DNA of 64,000 nucleotides from Eledone cirrhosa (GCA_964016885.1 OZ024760.1:11346001-11410000), one strand, 5' to 3'. Counted from the stretch's first letter, positions 29,095 to 43,964 are shown. Notes: generated from the sequence alone by a model not told the origin. Made by a program: numbers and translations.

Positions 29095-29446
29095 GCTGGA
29101 CACCCGATCGAGCTGTTAAACCACTGGGAGTGAAGGACCCCTAGCCTTTGTCAGAGCATTCTTCTAGGAGAAAGCAACTCAGGAAACTGGGATAACTCCG
29201 ATATAAAACCTCCGGCTCAGTAGTTACCGATGATGTTGATCTTTTCTTCATTTCGGGTTATAGCTACTGTCGCTCAGAGAGTGGGATTGGCTCAGTGCAC
29301 AGCCTTTCCTCACTTTAAAAACAATCTTCACGCACAGGCATTGCACGATAGCATTAATTTATAATTATTAATAATGGTATATCGTGCAATGGCCATACTC
29401 GATAACGAGGGGCCAGGCATCCTGTATGTATGTATATATGTATGTA

Positions 29447-29482
<36 letters not shown>

Positions 29483-29920
29483 TGTATGTATGTATGTATG
29501 TATGTATGTATGTATGTATGGTCAGGTCACCAGTTGGTGCTACTGGTAACATGTATCCCAGTACAACCTGTCTCATGGTCGGGTCGTTGGCGACTAAACT
29601 GGCAACCCCGCCAAGGTTTCTTGGTGAGGAGGGTGACTTTGGACATCCTGCAGGACTAAAAACAAAACCTGTCAAAGGGCAAAGGAGCTCTTAAGAGTCA
29701 ATGGCCATCCAAAATCACCGGGAGAGATGACCCCTTAGCCTTTGTCAAGGCAGAATTCTAGGAGAAGGAAAACTCTGATATAACACCTGCAACTCTGATG
29801 GTATCCAATGATGTTGACTTGTTCTTCTTTTTGGTAAATATCATCTTGGTTAAGAGAGTGGGACTGGCTTTGTGCAGTGCCTTTGCTCACTATAAAAGCT
29901 TCACGGCACAGGCATTGCTT
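29095..29920 (+). mobile_element. Two diverged copies of an RTE-like 5' leader sequence
   Basis: 29135-29345 and 29728-29915 align (CCCCTAGCCTTTGTCA..TTCTAGGAGAA..GATAT..GAGAGTGGGA..CACAGGCATTGC). The RTE assignment is from resemblance only. Confidence 0.5.
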
Positions 29921-30344
29921 TATATCTGGAGATCTCTCTGCACTTGTTGTCACATGGTACCATGGGCCCAGCACGATGTGTCAATAATTGTCACAAGTGT
30001 AGTGTTTGTACCAAAGTTTTCAAGTCGCTGGCTGGACTAAAAAGTCACACTCGTTCAGCGCATCGGTAGGGGTTCTCCTACATGGATATAAAGTAGTGGC
30101 CGTACTCGAAAACGAGTTGGCAGCCACCATGTATGTATGTATGTATGTATGTATGTATGTGTGTGTGTGTGTGTGTATGTACGTATTGTTGCTATGGCGT
30201 TTTTCTTCTACTACGGCTTGATCAATGCCAATGCCTTGTGAGTGGTATTTGATAGATGGAGACACACACACATGTATATGTATATAATATATATATATAT
30301 ATGTATATATATATATGTGTGTGTGTGGGGGGGGGGGTGAGTAT

Positions 30345-30697
<353 letters not shown>

Positions 30698-30699
30698 CA

Positions 30700-30780
<81 letters not shown>

Positions 30781-30783
30781 GCA

Positions 30784-30823
<40 letters not shown>

Positions 30824-30918
30824 CAAAAGGCAAACAGAAATAACAAACAATAAACAAACGACATAGAACAAAGGAGACATATATTGTTAGTTTTATGCTT
30901 GATGCGGGAGAAAAAGAG

Positions 30919-30954
30919 TTTTAACGTTTCGGACCCTAGTCCTTCATCAGAAAA
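30919..30954 (-). ncRNA. Minimal hammerhead-like motif
   Basis: Reverse strand: tttt-CTGATGA-a-ggac(tagg)gtcc-GAAA-cg-TT-aaaa, inside a (TA)n-flanked segment (30820-30985). Confidence 0.55.
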
Positions 30955-31059
30955 TAGTGTGAGAAATCAAAGAAATAGAAACATATTTATATATATATAT
31001 ATATATTGCATGCATTAATTACAACTCTTTCTATTAATAAATGCATTTTTCCTTTGCAG

Positions 31060-31160
31060 GGATTATGTGGAACAGTAAATCTCCTTTGGTCGCTCCACGA
31101 GAGTATCTTGGTCAGCCTGTGAGCGTTTCAGCCTCGTATACCATCGCATATCATCTCAAA
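31060..31160 (+). CDS. Candidate exon (xIMWNSKSPLVAPREYLGQPVSVSASYTIAYHLK), product unknown
   Basis: Strong acceptor tttttcctttgcag, donor aaa|gtatgt, one open frame, unique sequence; no partner exons found. Confidence 0.4.
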
Positions 31161-31318
31161 GTATGTTTATTTGCTCTTTCTATCTATATATAAATATATT
31201 TGCTCTTTCTCTCTCTCTCTATATATATATAAATATATTTGCTCTGTATATGTGTAAAAATACTGTTTCTCAAACGATATATTCTTCGTTCTCTCTACAT
31301 ATTTCTTTTCAATTTAAA

Positions 31319-31351
<33 letters not shown>

Positions 31352-31359
<8 letters not shown>

Positions 31360-31688
31360 AAGTTTGTCCTTCATCAGTGGCCTTCCAACCGTCGTAGGCA
31401 TTTCGTCGCTTTAAAGGCCATATACCTCAGGTTGGTGCGAGCAACGGCTAAAAAAAGTCGTTGGGACACGTAAATAAAGGGGACGCTAGGGTAAACAAAC
31501 AAAATGGTTTGTTTACCCTAGCGTCCCCTTTATTTACGTGTCCCAACGACCTTTTTTAGCCGTTGCTCGCACCAACCTGAGGTATATGGCCTTTAAAGCG
31601 ACGAAATGCCTACGACGGTTGGAAGGCCACTGATGAAGGACAAACTTTTTCATATGTAACCCATTTGCAACGCCGCAGCTCCATTATT

Positions 31689-31692
<4 letters not shown>
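31352..31692. mobile_element. Fold-back element family F
   Basis: 149-bp arms (31352-31500 and 31507-31655, one mismatch seen), 6-nt loop, right tail; tail homologous to 59219-59308; (TA)n flanks. Confidence 0.85.
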
Positions 31693-31744
<52 letters not shown>

Positions 31745-31748
<4 letters not shown>

Positions 31749-31893
31749 GTACTCGATACTTGGGGGTAGTAGAGTGGGTAATATGAAAATATTTAGGACC
31801 CTGACGGCTGAATTACGCCTGTTTCAATAGTTAGATCAGAACTTTAGCTGTCGAAACAGCCGGAGCTCAGCCGAGGGGTCCTGAATCTTTCAT
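31745..31893. mobile_element. Diverged family A fold-back element
   Basis: gtactcgatacttgggggtagtagagtgggtaata and gtcGAAAcagccggagctcagccg match family A. Confidence 0.7.
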
Positions 31894-32100
31894 ATATATA
31901 TATATAATATATAGAGAATAAAACACACCAGAGAGAGCGTGTATCCATCAAGTTACTAGTGCATGGAACCTATAACCTAAGAAACCTGAGGCAGATACAT
32001 GATAATTAAACATATAAATGAAGGAACCCACCTTTATAGCTATATATAACACACCTACGAACTCAGTGAGAATGTTTCCCCAGAATTACATTATATTTCA

Positions 32101-32171
<71 letters not shown>

Positions 32172-32357
32172 TATATATTATATTATATTATATTATATTA
32201 TATTATATTATATTATATTCGAAGAGCCCGGGATTCTCTTTCCTTTGAGCTCATAAATTACAGGGGCTGACGCGAGCTCCTGACTCCCTTACTTCATTTT
32301 GATATATATTTCTGGTGACGCAGCTCGATGGAGCATGCAATTACTGATATACTCATG

Positions 32358-32416
32358 TTTATAGGCTCTGATGATTCCTGCTATGGTGTATGGATGAAAC
32401 ACTGTTAGCTAATAAA
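32358..32416 (+). ncRNA. Type I hammerhead ribozyme
   Basis: tttataggct-CTGATGA-ttcc../..ggat-GAAA-cactg-TT-agctaataaa, in a (TA)n-flanked segment (32220-32460). Confidence 0.65.
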
Positions 32417-32457
32417 ACAATGTATTTCTAAGCACTCTTTGGTTATTCCTATAACTA

Positions 32458-32538
<81 letters not shown>

Positions 32539-32588
32539 ATATAGTGACGAAACATAAGTCAATTGGATGAACTCATAATCCTTTATTT

Positions 32589-32644
32589 ACTGCTATATAT
32601 ATTTCGATGATAGCCATTGAATGGCTATGACCTCATCAGGCAGT
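32589..32644 (-). ncRNA. Type I hammerhead ribozyme
   Basis: Reverse strand: actgc-CTGATGA-ggt.c.atagccat/atggctat.c.atc-GAAA-tatata-TA-gcagt. Confidence 0.85.
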
Positions 32645-32689
32645 TAGTCAGTTCTTAGATATGCCAGCTCTGTGTGTATAGTGTTGATG

Positions 32690-32771
<82 letters not shown>

Positions 32772-32853
32772 ATGTGGTTGACGGCAGAGATAAAGAAGTA
32801 TTCATTACCTATGTAATTGTAATATTCATTTTACTAAGGCCAAATGCTGAGTT

Positions 32854-32899
32854 TTGTTACTCTGGAGTTTCGCCTGTTTATCACAGAATTATCAGACAA
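32854..32899 (-). ncRNA. Degenerate hammerhead (G8 to A)
   Basis: Reverse strand: ttgt-CTGATAA-ttctgt/acaggc-GAAA-ctccagag-TA-acaa. Confidence 0.6.
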
Positions 32900-33599
32900 G
32901 AACCCTATGAACTCCAGGTTAACGAGACTCACTATTTAGCCATATACATGTGTGTGTGTGTGTGTGTGTGTGTGAGTGTGTGTTCATCCGTGCCTATGTT
33001 TATGTCACAAAATAAGTAACAAAAACGAAAAAAGAGAAAATATATATATATTGGGAACGATGGGATCAACAAAAGTTCACTTCACGGTGCACCAGCTTGG
33101 CCAGTGTCTAATAAAAGATTAAAGAACATTAATAATAAGAATATTAAACGTCTTACTACACCACGTGATGTGTTTACGTGTGTATAATTATTCTAAACAC
33201 AGAAATATAAAAAAGAAACGAGTCCATTAAATACGTTTAGAAATCGATAACCAATGAAGTAAAAATATGATCAACTAATGATTCGGTTTCTAAAGAATAT
33301 TTGGAGTTCAATGAGTATCATTTTGCGTTAACGTACAATAAATAGACTTTCATATATTCTGAAAGATTATTTGATAGACATTTATCGATTTATTTGGAAG
33401 AAATCTATGGAATTTATCGATAGATTTTCTCCCTGAAAGAATTCTTTTGATAAAAAAAACTCATATCTGCTCAATATGGCGGCGAATCGGTAAAGATGTT
33501 AGATTGTTGGATTGGAGGATTCTAATGAAGATGAGGAGAGAGTTAGTCAAGGTCGATAAATAAAGTACCAGTCAAGTACTTTAATGTTATATATATATT

Positions 33600-33632
<33 letters not shown>

Positions 33633-34065
33633 TTGTGTATATATACATATATATGTAGAATACCTAGGAATAAGTTTATATTCTCTTAGAGGTTGATGGT
33701 CAATTCTACTGTCCATGCTTAATTTAGGGTAGTATTGAGACCTATTGCTACTCATACTCTCCCAACCCCACTAGCTTTCGGACAACTGCCACTGGTGGGG
33801 TGGCTAGCAGTAAGCTATAGCCGTGTCATATTACAGGCCTGGATGGGTCATTGTTTGGTTGAGAGGGGTAACTGCCTAGCCGAATTTCGTAAAAATCTGC
33901 GGCAGTTGATGGTCAACTTCCTTCGGACCTGCGCCTGCGCAGACCGGTGGGGGTGAATTGGTACTCACAAGGGAACGGGCCAAGGACTCAAGAACACACG
34001 CTTTGTCCGTTCCCATGTCGATTCAATTTGGATTGCCTCGGAAACATAACCTTATTATGTAACAA

Positions 34066-34139
34066 GCTGTCTGACGATGTCGCGACACTGGCGTACGGAA
34101 CCGTGTGGCCACTGTCGCCATTGAAATGTGTATCACAGC
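34066..34139 (+). ncRNA. Type I hammerhead ribozyme with a long stem II
   Basis: gctgt-CTGACGA-tgt.c.gcgaca.c.tggc../..gcca.c.tgtcgc.c.att-GAAA-tgtgta-TC-acagc, in a (TA)n-flanked segment (33655-34270); ATTAAA and GAGTGCT downstream. Confidence 0.85.
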
Positions 34140-34283
34140 ATTATCATTAAAGGACTTTAACATCTGAAACTATTTCGCTTTTTCTTATTCTAAATATACT
34201 CCGTCACTCCTATGTGGAAAAAGTACGTTGAGTGCTTGAATTGAATTGCATCAATGTATACCTTAAGTATATATATATATGTG

Positions 34284-35186
<903 letters not shown>

Positions 35187-35197
35187 ACACACACACG

Positions 35198-35352
<155 letters not shown>

Positions 35353-35639
35353 TCCAACGCAACACCCACTGCCCGTTTGAACAGTTTTGAGACAATACGT
35401 GAAATTAAGCATTGCTAAATATATGAAAAACTTTAAAGAGAGAATAAGAAAGAAAAAAGAAAACACGCACATACACACACATATATATAGACATACACAC
35501 ACACATATATGTACACATATACACAGATGCATGCATACGCATACTCTCACACTCGCACACACACACACACACATACACAGTGTCACTTACACTTATATAC
35601 ACATACATACACTGCAGAACACAGAGCACCCGCAGTGAT

Positions 35640-35640
35640 G

Positions 35641-35671
<31 letters not shown>

Positions 35672-35808
35672 AACACCAACAACAACAACACCAACAACAA
35701 CTGGATAGAGGTAAATGATGTATGAACAATCAACAGCTACCATGACAACGATGACTACATCAACAATCGCAACAGCAACAATAACAACAACAATAACCGT
35801 AGCAGCAG

Positions 35809-35842
<34 letters not shown>

Positions 35843-36690
35843 TACATCGACAAATGCTACAACAATTACAACAACAATAAACCTCAGCAACAAAAAAAAA
35901 CACACAACAATAACAACTTCTACAATGGCAACAGCTACATCAACAACAACAACTGCAACAACAACCACAATAACCAACACCACAGCCACGATCACCACCC
36001 CCTCCACCACCGACACAACCATCACCACCACCACCATCTCACCTACCAGCGACACCACCACCACCAACAACAACAAGACCATCACCAACACCACAGCCAC
36101 GATCACCACCCCCTCCACCACCGACACAACCATCACCACGACCACCATCTCACCTACCAGCGACACCACCACCACCAACAACAACAAGACCATCACCAAC
36201 ACCACAGCCACGATCACCACCCCTCCACCACCAACAACAACAACAACAACACCATCACCAACACCACAGCCACGATCACCCCCCCCCCCCCCTCCACCAC
36301 CACCAACAACAACACCATCACCAACACCACAGCCACCATCACCACCCCTCCACCACCACCAACAACAACAACACGATCACCACCCCTCCACCACCACCAA
36401 CAACAACAACACCACAGCCACGATCACCCCCCCCCCCCCCCCCTCCACCACCGACACAACCATCACCACCACCACCACCACCACCACCACCATCTCACCT
36501 ACCAGCGACGACCACCACCACCAACAAAAACAACAACACCATCACCAACAGCACAGCCACGATCACCCCCCCCCCCCCCCCTCCACCACCGACACAACCA
36601 CCTCCACCACCATCACACACCTACCAGCGACCCACACACCACCACCTTCACCACCATCAAACTTACCAGCGACCCCCCCCCCCCACCACC
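35640..36690. repeat. (CAA/CCA)n low-complexity block with 111-bp higher-order units
   Basis: CCAACACCACAGCCACGATCACC at 35974, 36085 and 36196, then degenerate copies. Confidence 0.9.
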
Positions 36691-36842
36691 TTCATACTCC
36701 ATTACTAAACTTACAGATAGATAGATACACGAGTCGTTAAACACGTAACACTCAAAAAATACGTAAACTTACTCCCGCACAAGCATTTCTCTCCAGGTGA
36801 CTCTCAACCTCATCTGTACTGTTTCATAAAATTTGTTCTTAT

Positions 36843-36904
<62 letters not shown>

Positions 36905-36960
36905 TACATACATACATAAAAAGAACAAATTTATATAATTACGCATGCATATATACATAC

Positions 36961-37091
<131 letters not shown>

Positions 37092-37223
37092 CTCTTTTTG
37101 TGTATATATTTATATATATATATATGCGTAAACAAATATATATACATAAATAATATATATATGCATAAAAATAATAAACGTATTTATACATACACACACA
37201 GACACACACAGACACACACACAT

Positions 37224-37317
<94 letters not shown>

Positions 37318-37403
37318 TACAAAATATTACCTGCAGTTTCTTTATATGAGATCTGCAGTTGTTGTCTAATTAAATAAATGTACGTATTGACCACCGCCAT
37401 TGC

Positions 37404-37504
<101 letters not shown>

Positions 37505-38239
37505 CTTGTGGCTAATAAATGAAATCATTATCACTATTATTATTATTATTATTATTATATTATTACTATTATTATTATTTTTTTTTTGTTGATGTCATGT
37601 CTGGAGATCATATGTTACATCTACTGAATAACCTGAGAGTTGTTCCGAATGCTAGAAATAGTAGCTTCAAATCTCCCTTAGATATATACTACCGTTCTGT
37701 CTCCCATCTGACAGTTGTTGCCATTCCTGGCTGGGACTGAAGGTGGATTATAACCTCTGACCCTGCACCACATACTGCCGTATCAGATCCTGCACTACAA
37801 CCCGTCTTCTCATATTTGCCATGTATAATTCATCTAATTTACCGCCGCTTGCTCGAATAGGACTTTACTTATCGATCCCTCCGCTAAAAGTCTAAAGGCT
37901 GTCTCGAGCCCAGAAGCCCATCATTCCAATGCTTATCCTGGTTTCCTTGCCGTTAAACGACAGAGAGTACAATACTTCCCCTGGACAAGACGCCAGTTCA
38001 TCATAGGGCTAAAGTCTGTCCCCAAAAGTTCATCAAGCCGGTGCTTATCGCAGCTTCCTTGCTGTTAAGTGACTGAGAGTAGAAGAATCCTCCCAGCACA
38101 TGACAACAGTCCATCACAGGGATAATGTCTCTCTTGAATCCGGAGATTTTGTCAGGCTGGTACTTATGCCGGGTTCCGTGGCGTGAAGCGACTGAGAGTA
38201 CATGGCACCCTTCTGGACATGACACCAGTCCTTCAGAGT

Positions 38240-38398
38240 TAAACCCCCAGCTATTGCTGGTACTCATGTTTAGCTGAGTATACTGGAGCAACATGAAATG
38301 AAATGTTTTGATGAAGACCACAACACTTATCAAGGAATAGAACCAATGATATTATGTTCGTAAGTCCAACACCCTTAACACTATGTTACGCACCTCCA
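38240..38398 (-). mobile_element. tRNA-derived SINE family S2
   Basis: Reverse-complement similarity to 53203-53365 (agctgagtatactggagcaacatgaaatgaa). Confidence 0.65.
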
Positions 38399-38594
38399 CA
38401 GGACATCGTGCAATGCTTGACTGGTACTTTATTGATCGACCACCTCCCCTCTTCGACGACGTAAAATCAATCTAGATATTAGACGGAACATTCAATCCGA
38501 CACTTTCACCATTCTGCCAACTTTCCCACTACAAATTTCTGTGGGATCCATGGAAAAAACTGATACAATTATGACACACTAGTCTTCCATAATT

Positions 38595-38810
38595 TTATGC
38601 CATCAGCATTTTCGGTACTATCAGCCTACCAAATATTTAGTACCATCAGCCTACCATATTTTTGGTACCATCAGCCTACCAAATATTTGGTGCCATCAGC
38701 CTACCATATTTTTTGTATCACCACTCAACTATATTTTTGGTACCATCAACCTACCGTTTGTTCGGTACAATCTGTCATCCATATTTTTTAGTGCTATTAG
38801 TCTACCATAA
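38595..38810. repeat. Tandem repeat of about 22 bp
   Basis: TTTGGTACCATCAGCCTACCATAT-like units, about 8 copies. Confidence 0.85.
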
Positions 38811-39164
38811 TATATCGAACTGCAATTAACGTCCAGGCGTGACCTTCACAAAAACTCGTCACAATTAAAGTCAGAATAATAACATATCATTATCCCTCAA
38901 TGGAATGGCTAATCGAACCATCGATACAAACAAAATATTGGATATTTTCCAATTCATAAATACATGGCGCCAGTCTTATGGATTATGTCTATCTTGATTT
39001 TAAACAAATCGAACTGAAGATTATATATTCACAGAGATATCAATCGTTACGATCAGTCTAGTGTGGACGACAAAAAAAAAATCAATCATGAATAACATAT
39101 TGATATTTAACATGGACATAGAAAAAACTTCCATTTTAGGATAACTGATATCGATCCGTCTGTT

Positions 39165-40290
39165 TCGCTGGTATTGTATTTAAGCAATCACGGAAAGAAT
39201 GAAGTACAAAATCGACCTCGGTTTGAAGATTGGGGACCCAGAATGTAAAGATCGAGGAGAAATAATAGCAAATACCACAAGACATTGTTTGACGCTCAAC
39301 TGATTTTTAACATTTTGTCCCCCACCTACAAACCCTCCACATCCATCTATTAATAATTTCTAACGAAGGGACAAGGCCAACAATTGTTTGTTTGTTTGTA
39401 TTTTTTTGTGTGTTTTTTGTGTTTTTTTATTTTATTTTGCTGGTTGGGTATAAAAAGGGAAAGTCGATTAAATTAACCCCAGTGCATTACAGGTACTTTA
39501 TTTTATCGACCCTTTGTGGATAAAAGGCAAAGTTAACTTTGGAGGGATTAAAACTCAGAACATAAAGGGACGTAACTATATGCTGCAAAGCATATTGTCT
39601 GACGTTCTATAGAGACTGATTTAGGTACAAGGCCAACAATTTCAAAAAGGGGGGGGGAAGTCGAATAAATTTACCCCAGTGCATTACTGGTACTTTATTT
39701 TATCGACCCCGTAAGGATGAAACGCAAAGTCAACCTCGGCGGGATTTGAACTCAAATCGTAAAGGGACGTAACTATATGTCACAAAGCATGATGTCCGAC
39801 GCTCTATCAACACTGCCAACAATAATAATAATGACGGTTTCTGATTTAGGCACAAGGCCAGCAATTTTGGAGGAGGCTAAGTCGATTAAATCGACCCCAG
39901 TGCATTGTGTGACAGCTGACCCCTATGCAGGTTTAGCTGGCTTCTCCAAGGTATATCTCGTTGGAGGTGTCTTGGGTAATTTAATGATAGGGACCCCAGT
40001 CCTTTCATCTCATTTCTACAGCTGAGTAAACTGGAGCAACGTGAAGTAAAGTGTCTTGCTCAAGGAAACAACACACCACCCGGTCCGAGAATTGAACTCA
40101 CAACCTTTCGATTGCAAGCTCAATGCTCTAACCACTAAGATGCGCCTTCACTATGCCCAGTACATTACTGGTACTTTATTTTATTGACTTCAGTAAGTAT
40201 GAAATGCGAGTTGACCTCGGCTGGATTTAAACACAGAACGCAAAGGGACGCAACTAAACACTAGAAAGCACGTAGTTCGACGCTCTACCA
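39165..40290 (-). mobile_element. Cluster of S1 SINEs with a nested S2 SINE
   Basis: Repeated cagtgcattactggtactttattttatcgacc cores. The S2-like segment at about 39995-40150 lies inside an S1 copy split at CCCAGT (39896 and 40156). Confidence 0.8.
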
Positions 40291-40649
40291 ATTACTAGGA
40301 ATCTACCAATAACCGAACAACAACAACGACAACTGAATGCTGATCGTCGAAATCGACGGAGGATCCATCATCAATGTTACAGAATAAGGACAGTTGTGTA
40401 AATTATTAAATTGAAAAGACTAACAAACTGGATTTAATTTCAGTCGGATTCGGTCTCGTCTATTTACGCGCTAAATTAAAAGGAGGGGGAAACGAAGAGA
40501 ATCTTGCGAAGTCTAGTTTTACTTTCACTTTCATCGAGAGAGAGAAAGACGCGGGAATCAGTAGCAATCAATTTCATGAAACATATATTCCTTCCACATA
40601 CGCTGGCTTCCTACCAATATTTAATATCTGTGAAATTAACCACGGACAA

Positions 40650-40706
<57 letters not shown>

Positions 40707-41159
40707 GTGCCATGTATACATTTCTTCTTAGTAGAGCGAACATTAAACAAAATGGCGGTATTTACTGACGGTCTTTTTTGGCTTTCATTTTGTTTTATAT
40801 TATTTTATTTCATTTTATTCCATTTTATTTTTTTTTATTTATTCTATTATTTTCGTAAGTATAAAGACAAGTGTTATTTCGGTGTAATTTTAAATCGATT
40901 ATACTTGTTCGTTCTAATTTCTGTCAGCGGGCCAATATTTAGGAATCAATAATATTGCATACCAGCTAAATATCAGGAGAAATGCCAGCAAAATATTGGG
41001 TTCAATGTAATCGAATTCCGTTATTGCCAAGGTTCAAGTCCTTACGTGTGATCTAGATCATTAATCTTATATACTAATGACTCAGTGGTAAAGGTGTTGG
41101 ACTTAGGATCTTAAGGTCGTAAGATCGATGTTCGATTCTTGGACTCGGGCAAAACACTG

Positions 41160-41740
41160 TACAATGCAATCCGTATAATGATATGGGACAGGCAAAAGAA
41201 GGCATGAACAGTTAGGAAGTTAGCTGCCCAGCAGATATCAATGTAATATCAAAGATTAGTGAAAAGGAGAATATCTATGCAGAACTAATGAGAAATCTGC
41301 GGTTACTCCATTTTGACTATACCTTCAGATTTATACCTGTGATTATTGGGGCACTGGGGTATGTTAGTAACTTCCTCAATACAAATCTTGAGAAGCTGGG
41401 CTTCACAGAAACAGAAAGGACACAACTAGTTAGGAAATTACAAGTACAATCCACTAATGGAACAGTAAATATATGTAAAACATTCCAGAAATTTTGCATC
41501 TAATAACTGTATATACACATGTACAGATACAAAGCATTTACATATGCACACATATAACTAAAAACATCCACATCCACACATACAATAACATCCATATCTA
41601 CACATGCATGCATGCAGACATACGTACATATCTACCTAGTTGATGTGTAAATTCCAATGAGAGAGTCCTGTGACTATGTTAGAAACCGACTCTCTCTCTA
41701 TAGATAACCATTTATAAAATTATAAAACCAGAAGAACATA
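41160..41740 (+). pseudogene. 3' fragment of an R4/Dong-like non-LTR retrotransposon (restriction-like endonuclease domain plus 3' UTR)
   Basis: Translation IMIWDRQKK..(stop/frameshift)..EVSCPADINVISKISEKENIYAELMRNL...FIPVIIGALG...LEKLG, stop at 41503, fits the RLE motif order; ends in (CATA)n. Confidence 0.75.
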
Positions 41741-41826
41741 CAAACATGCATACATACATACATACACACACATGAATATGTATACATACGTTTATGTTTG
41801 TGTGAGTACATGTATGAATGTATGTA

Positions 41827-41865
<39 letters not shown>

Positions 41866-41867
<2 letters not shown>

Positions 41868-42070
41868 CCAAAAACCAAAAGTTTAACAAGGTTCATTGAT
41901 TAATCAATGAATAAAGTTTTACAATAGATTAGAAGCACTCAACAGTGGGTTTTCTGGAGTATATTAATATTACTTCAAAATATTAATAAATATAGACATT
42001 CATGTGATCAAATATATTTTATAGAATATATTTGATCATTTGAATGTCTATATTTATTAATATTTTGAAG

Positions 42071-42080
<10 letters not shown>
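41866..42080. mobile_element. Fold-back element family B, copy 4 (no HHR core)
   Basis: Homologous to 10629-11050; axis at 42021/42022. Confidence 0.85.
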
Positions 42081-42130
<50 letters not shown>

Positions 42131-42333
42131 TTGGTATGCGTGTATCTATGTATATATATAATTACGTACATTTATACATAGATACGCACATACATACATT
42201 ATGAATATATATATATATATATATATGAGTGGGTGGAGGTGTATGCGAGTGTGTGTATGCATGCATATATGTATATGTATATATATATATGTGTGTGTCT
42301 GTGTGTATGTATATACATATCTATATATGTATA

Positions 42334-42364
<31 letters not shown>

Positions 42365-42440
42365 ATAAATATAACCACGTAATAACTAACTTCAATGTAT
42401 CCAAATTTAATAGAACTCTGTTATTTCTTCATTACCTTTA

Positions 42441-42566
<126 letters not shown>

Positions 42567-42764
42567 TGTAATTAACTTGACATTACATGTTTAAATATTT
42601 TTGTTACTAAAACCGTCTATTTATTACAAAAATAGAAATATTCTCTCTCTTGCCATCTTGTCCACTGCCATTACGACGTATCTGTATCTGGTATTCATTA
42701 AATAGAATATACATTATATATATATACATGTGGGGGGGGGGGGTGTATATAATATATATATATA

Positions 42765-42842
42765 CAGAGTGTCCTCCAAAAATGTATTGGCATATTTATT
42801 AGAATGGTGTTGAAATGGGTATACATTTTTGGGGACATCCTG
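42765..42842. mobile_element. Very short Tc1-type MITE
   Basis: CAGAGTGTCCTCCAAAAATGTAT / ATACATTTTTGGGGACATCCTG; TA on the left, TG on the right. Confidence 0.6.
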
Positions 42843-43415
42843 TGTATATTATTTTTATATATATCATAAATATATAAATATACATATATGTATGCAATAT
42901 ATATTATACACACACACAGACACACACATATATATATATGTATATATATATATATATGTGTGTGTGTATGTGCTAACATACATTACGAATTAACATACAA
43001 ACACGTTGACCCACTGGGGAATAACTTCGTGACGAAAATATATTATAAGTCCATTGTTCAGAAATGTATGTATATATATATGTGTATATATGTGTATGTG
43101 TGTATGTATGTATGTATGTATGTATGTATGTATGTATGTATGTATGTATGTATGTATGTATGTATGTATGTATGTATGTATGTATGTGTATATGTATGTA
43201 TCTATGTACGTCTATATGTATACGTATGTATGTGTATAAATATGCATGTATGTACGTGTATAAGTTATATATGTATGTAGGTATATAAATATGTATATAT
43301 GTACGTGTATATGTTTTATGTATGTACGCATGTATGTATATAGATCGACAGATAGTTTGATAGAGAGACAGAGAGCAAGGTAGATATATTTAGATAGAGA
43401 GGGAGTGTTGCGTAA

Positions 43416-43464
<49 letters not shown>

Positions 43465-43717
43465 TATATGTGAGTGTGTATGAGTTTGTGCGTATGTGAG
43501 TACATCTGTATGAGTGTATTATGCGTGTATGATTGCATATGTGTATGAGTGTATAAGTGTATAAGTGTTTGAGTGTGCTTGTATATGAGTGTGTGTGTAT
43601 GTATGAGTGTGTATGTTTGTGTGTATGCGAGTATATGTGAACCTGTGTGTACATTAGTCTATTTACGAATGAACGTTTCGATAAACATAACTCTATTGAA
43701 AGGCCGTGGGTATATTC

Positions 43718-43866
43718 AATATGGCGGTGATGTAAATACGTAAATACGATATGGCGGTGACTACATACAATATGGCGGACTGTACATCCACTATGGCGGG
43801 GGGTACATTAAATATGGCGGTGGAAGACATTCAATATAGCGGTGAAATACATACAATATGGCTGGA
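43718..43866. repeat. Degenerate tandem array of AATATGGCGG
   Basis: Seven copies spaced about 20-30 bp apart. Confidence 0.8.
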
Positions 43867-43929
43867 CAATGAAACATTTCCAAACCAATACCTGTCGATA
43901 GACGAATAAACGATGAAGCTATTAAACCA

Positions 43930-43964
<35 letters not shown>

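Noticed and set aside
31796-31882. CTGACGG...GAAA apparent HHR in the diverged family A copy
   Set aside because: CTGACGG is explained by CpG decay of CCGACGG in the inverted arm; A9 and the UH site are missing.
33865-33915. SECIS-like hairpin (Naiad elements can encode selenoproteins)
   Set aside because: 5' core reads GTAA rather than RTGA, and helix length does not fit by eye.
35715-36740. 341-aa Thr/Pro-rich ORF
   Set aside because: (CAA/CCA)n low-complexity sequence with poly-C runs that shift register; also open on the other strand.
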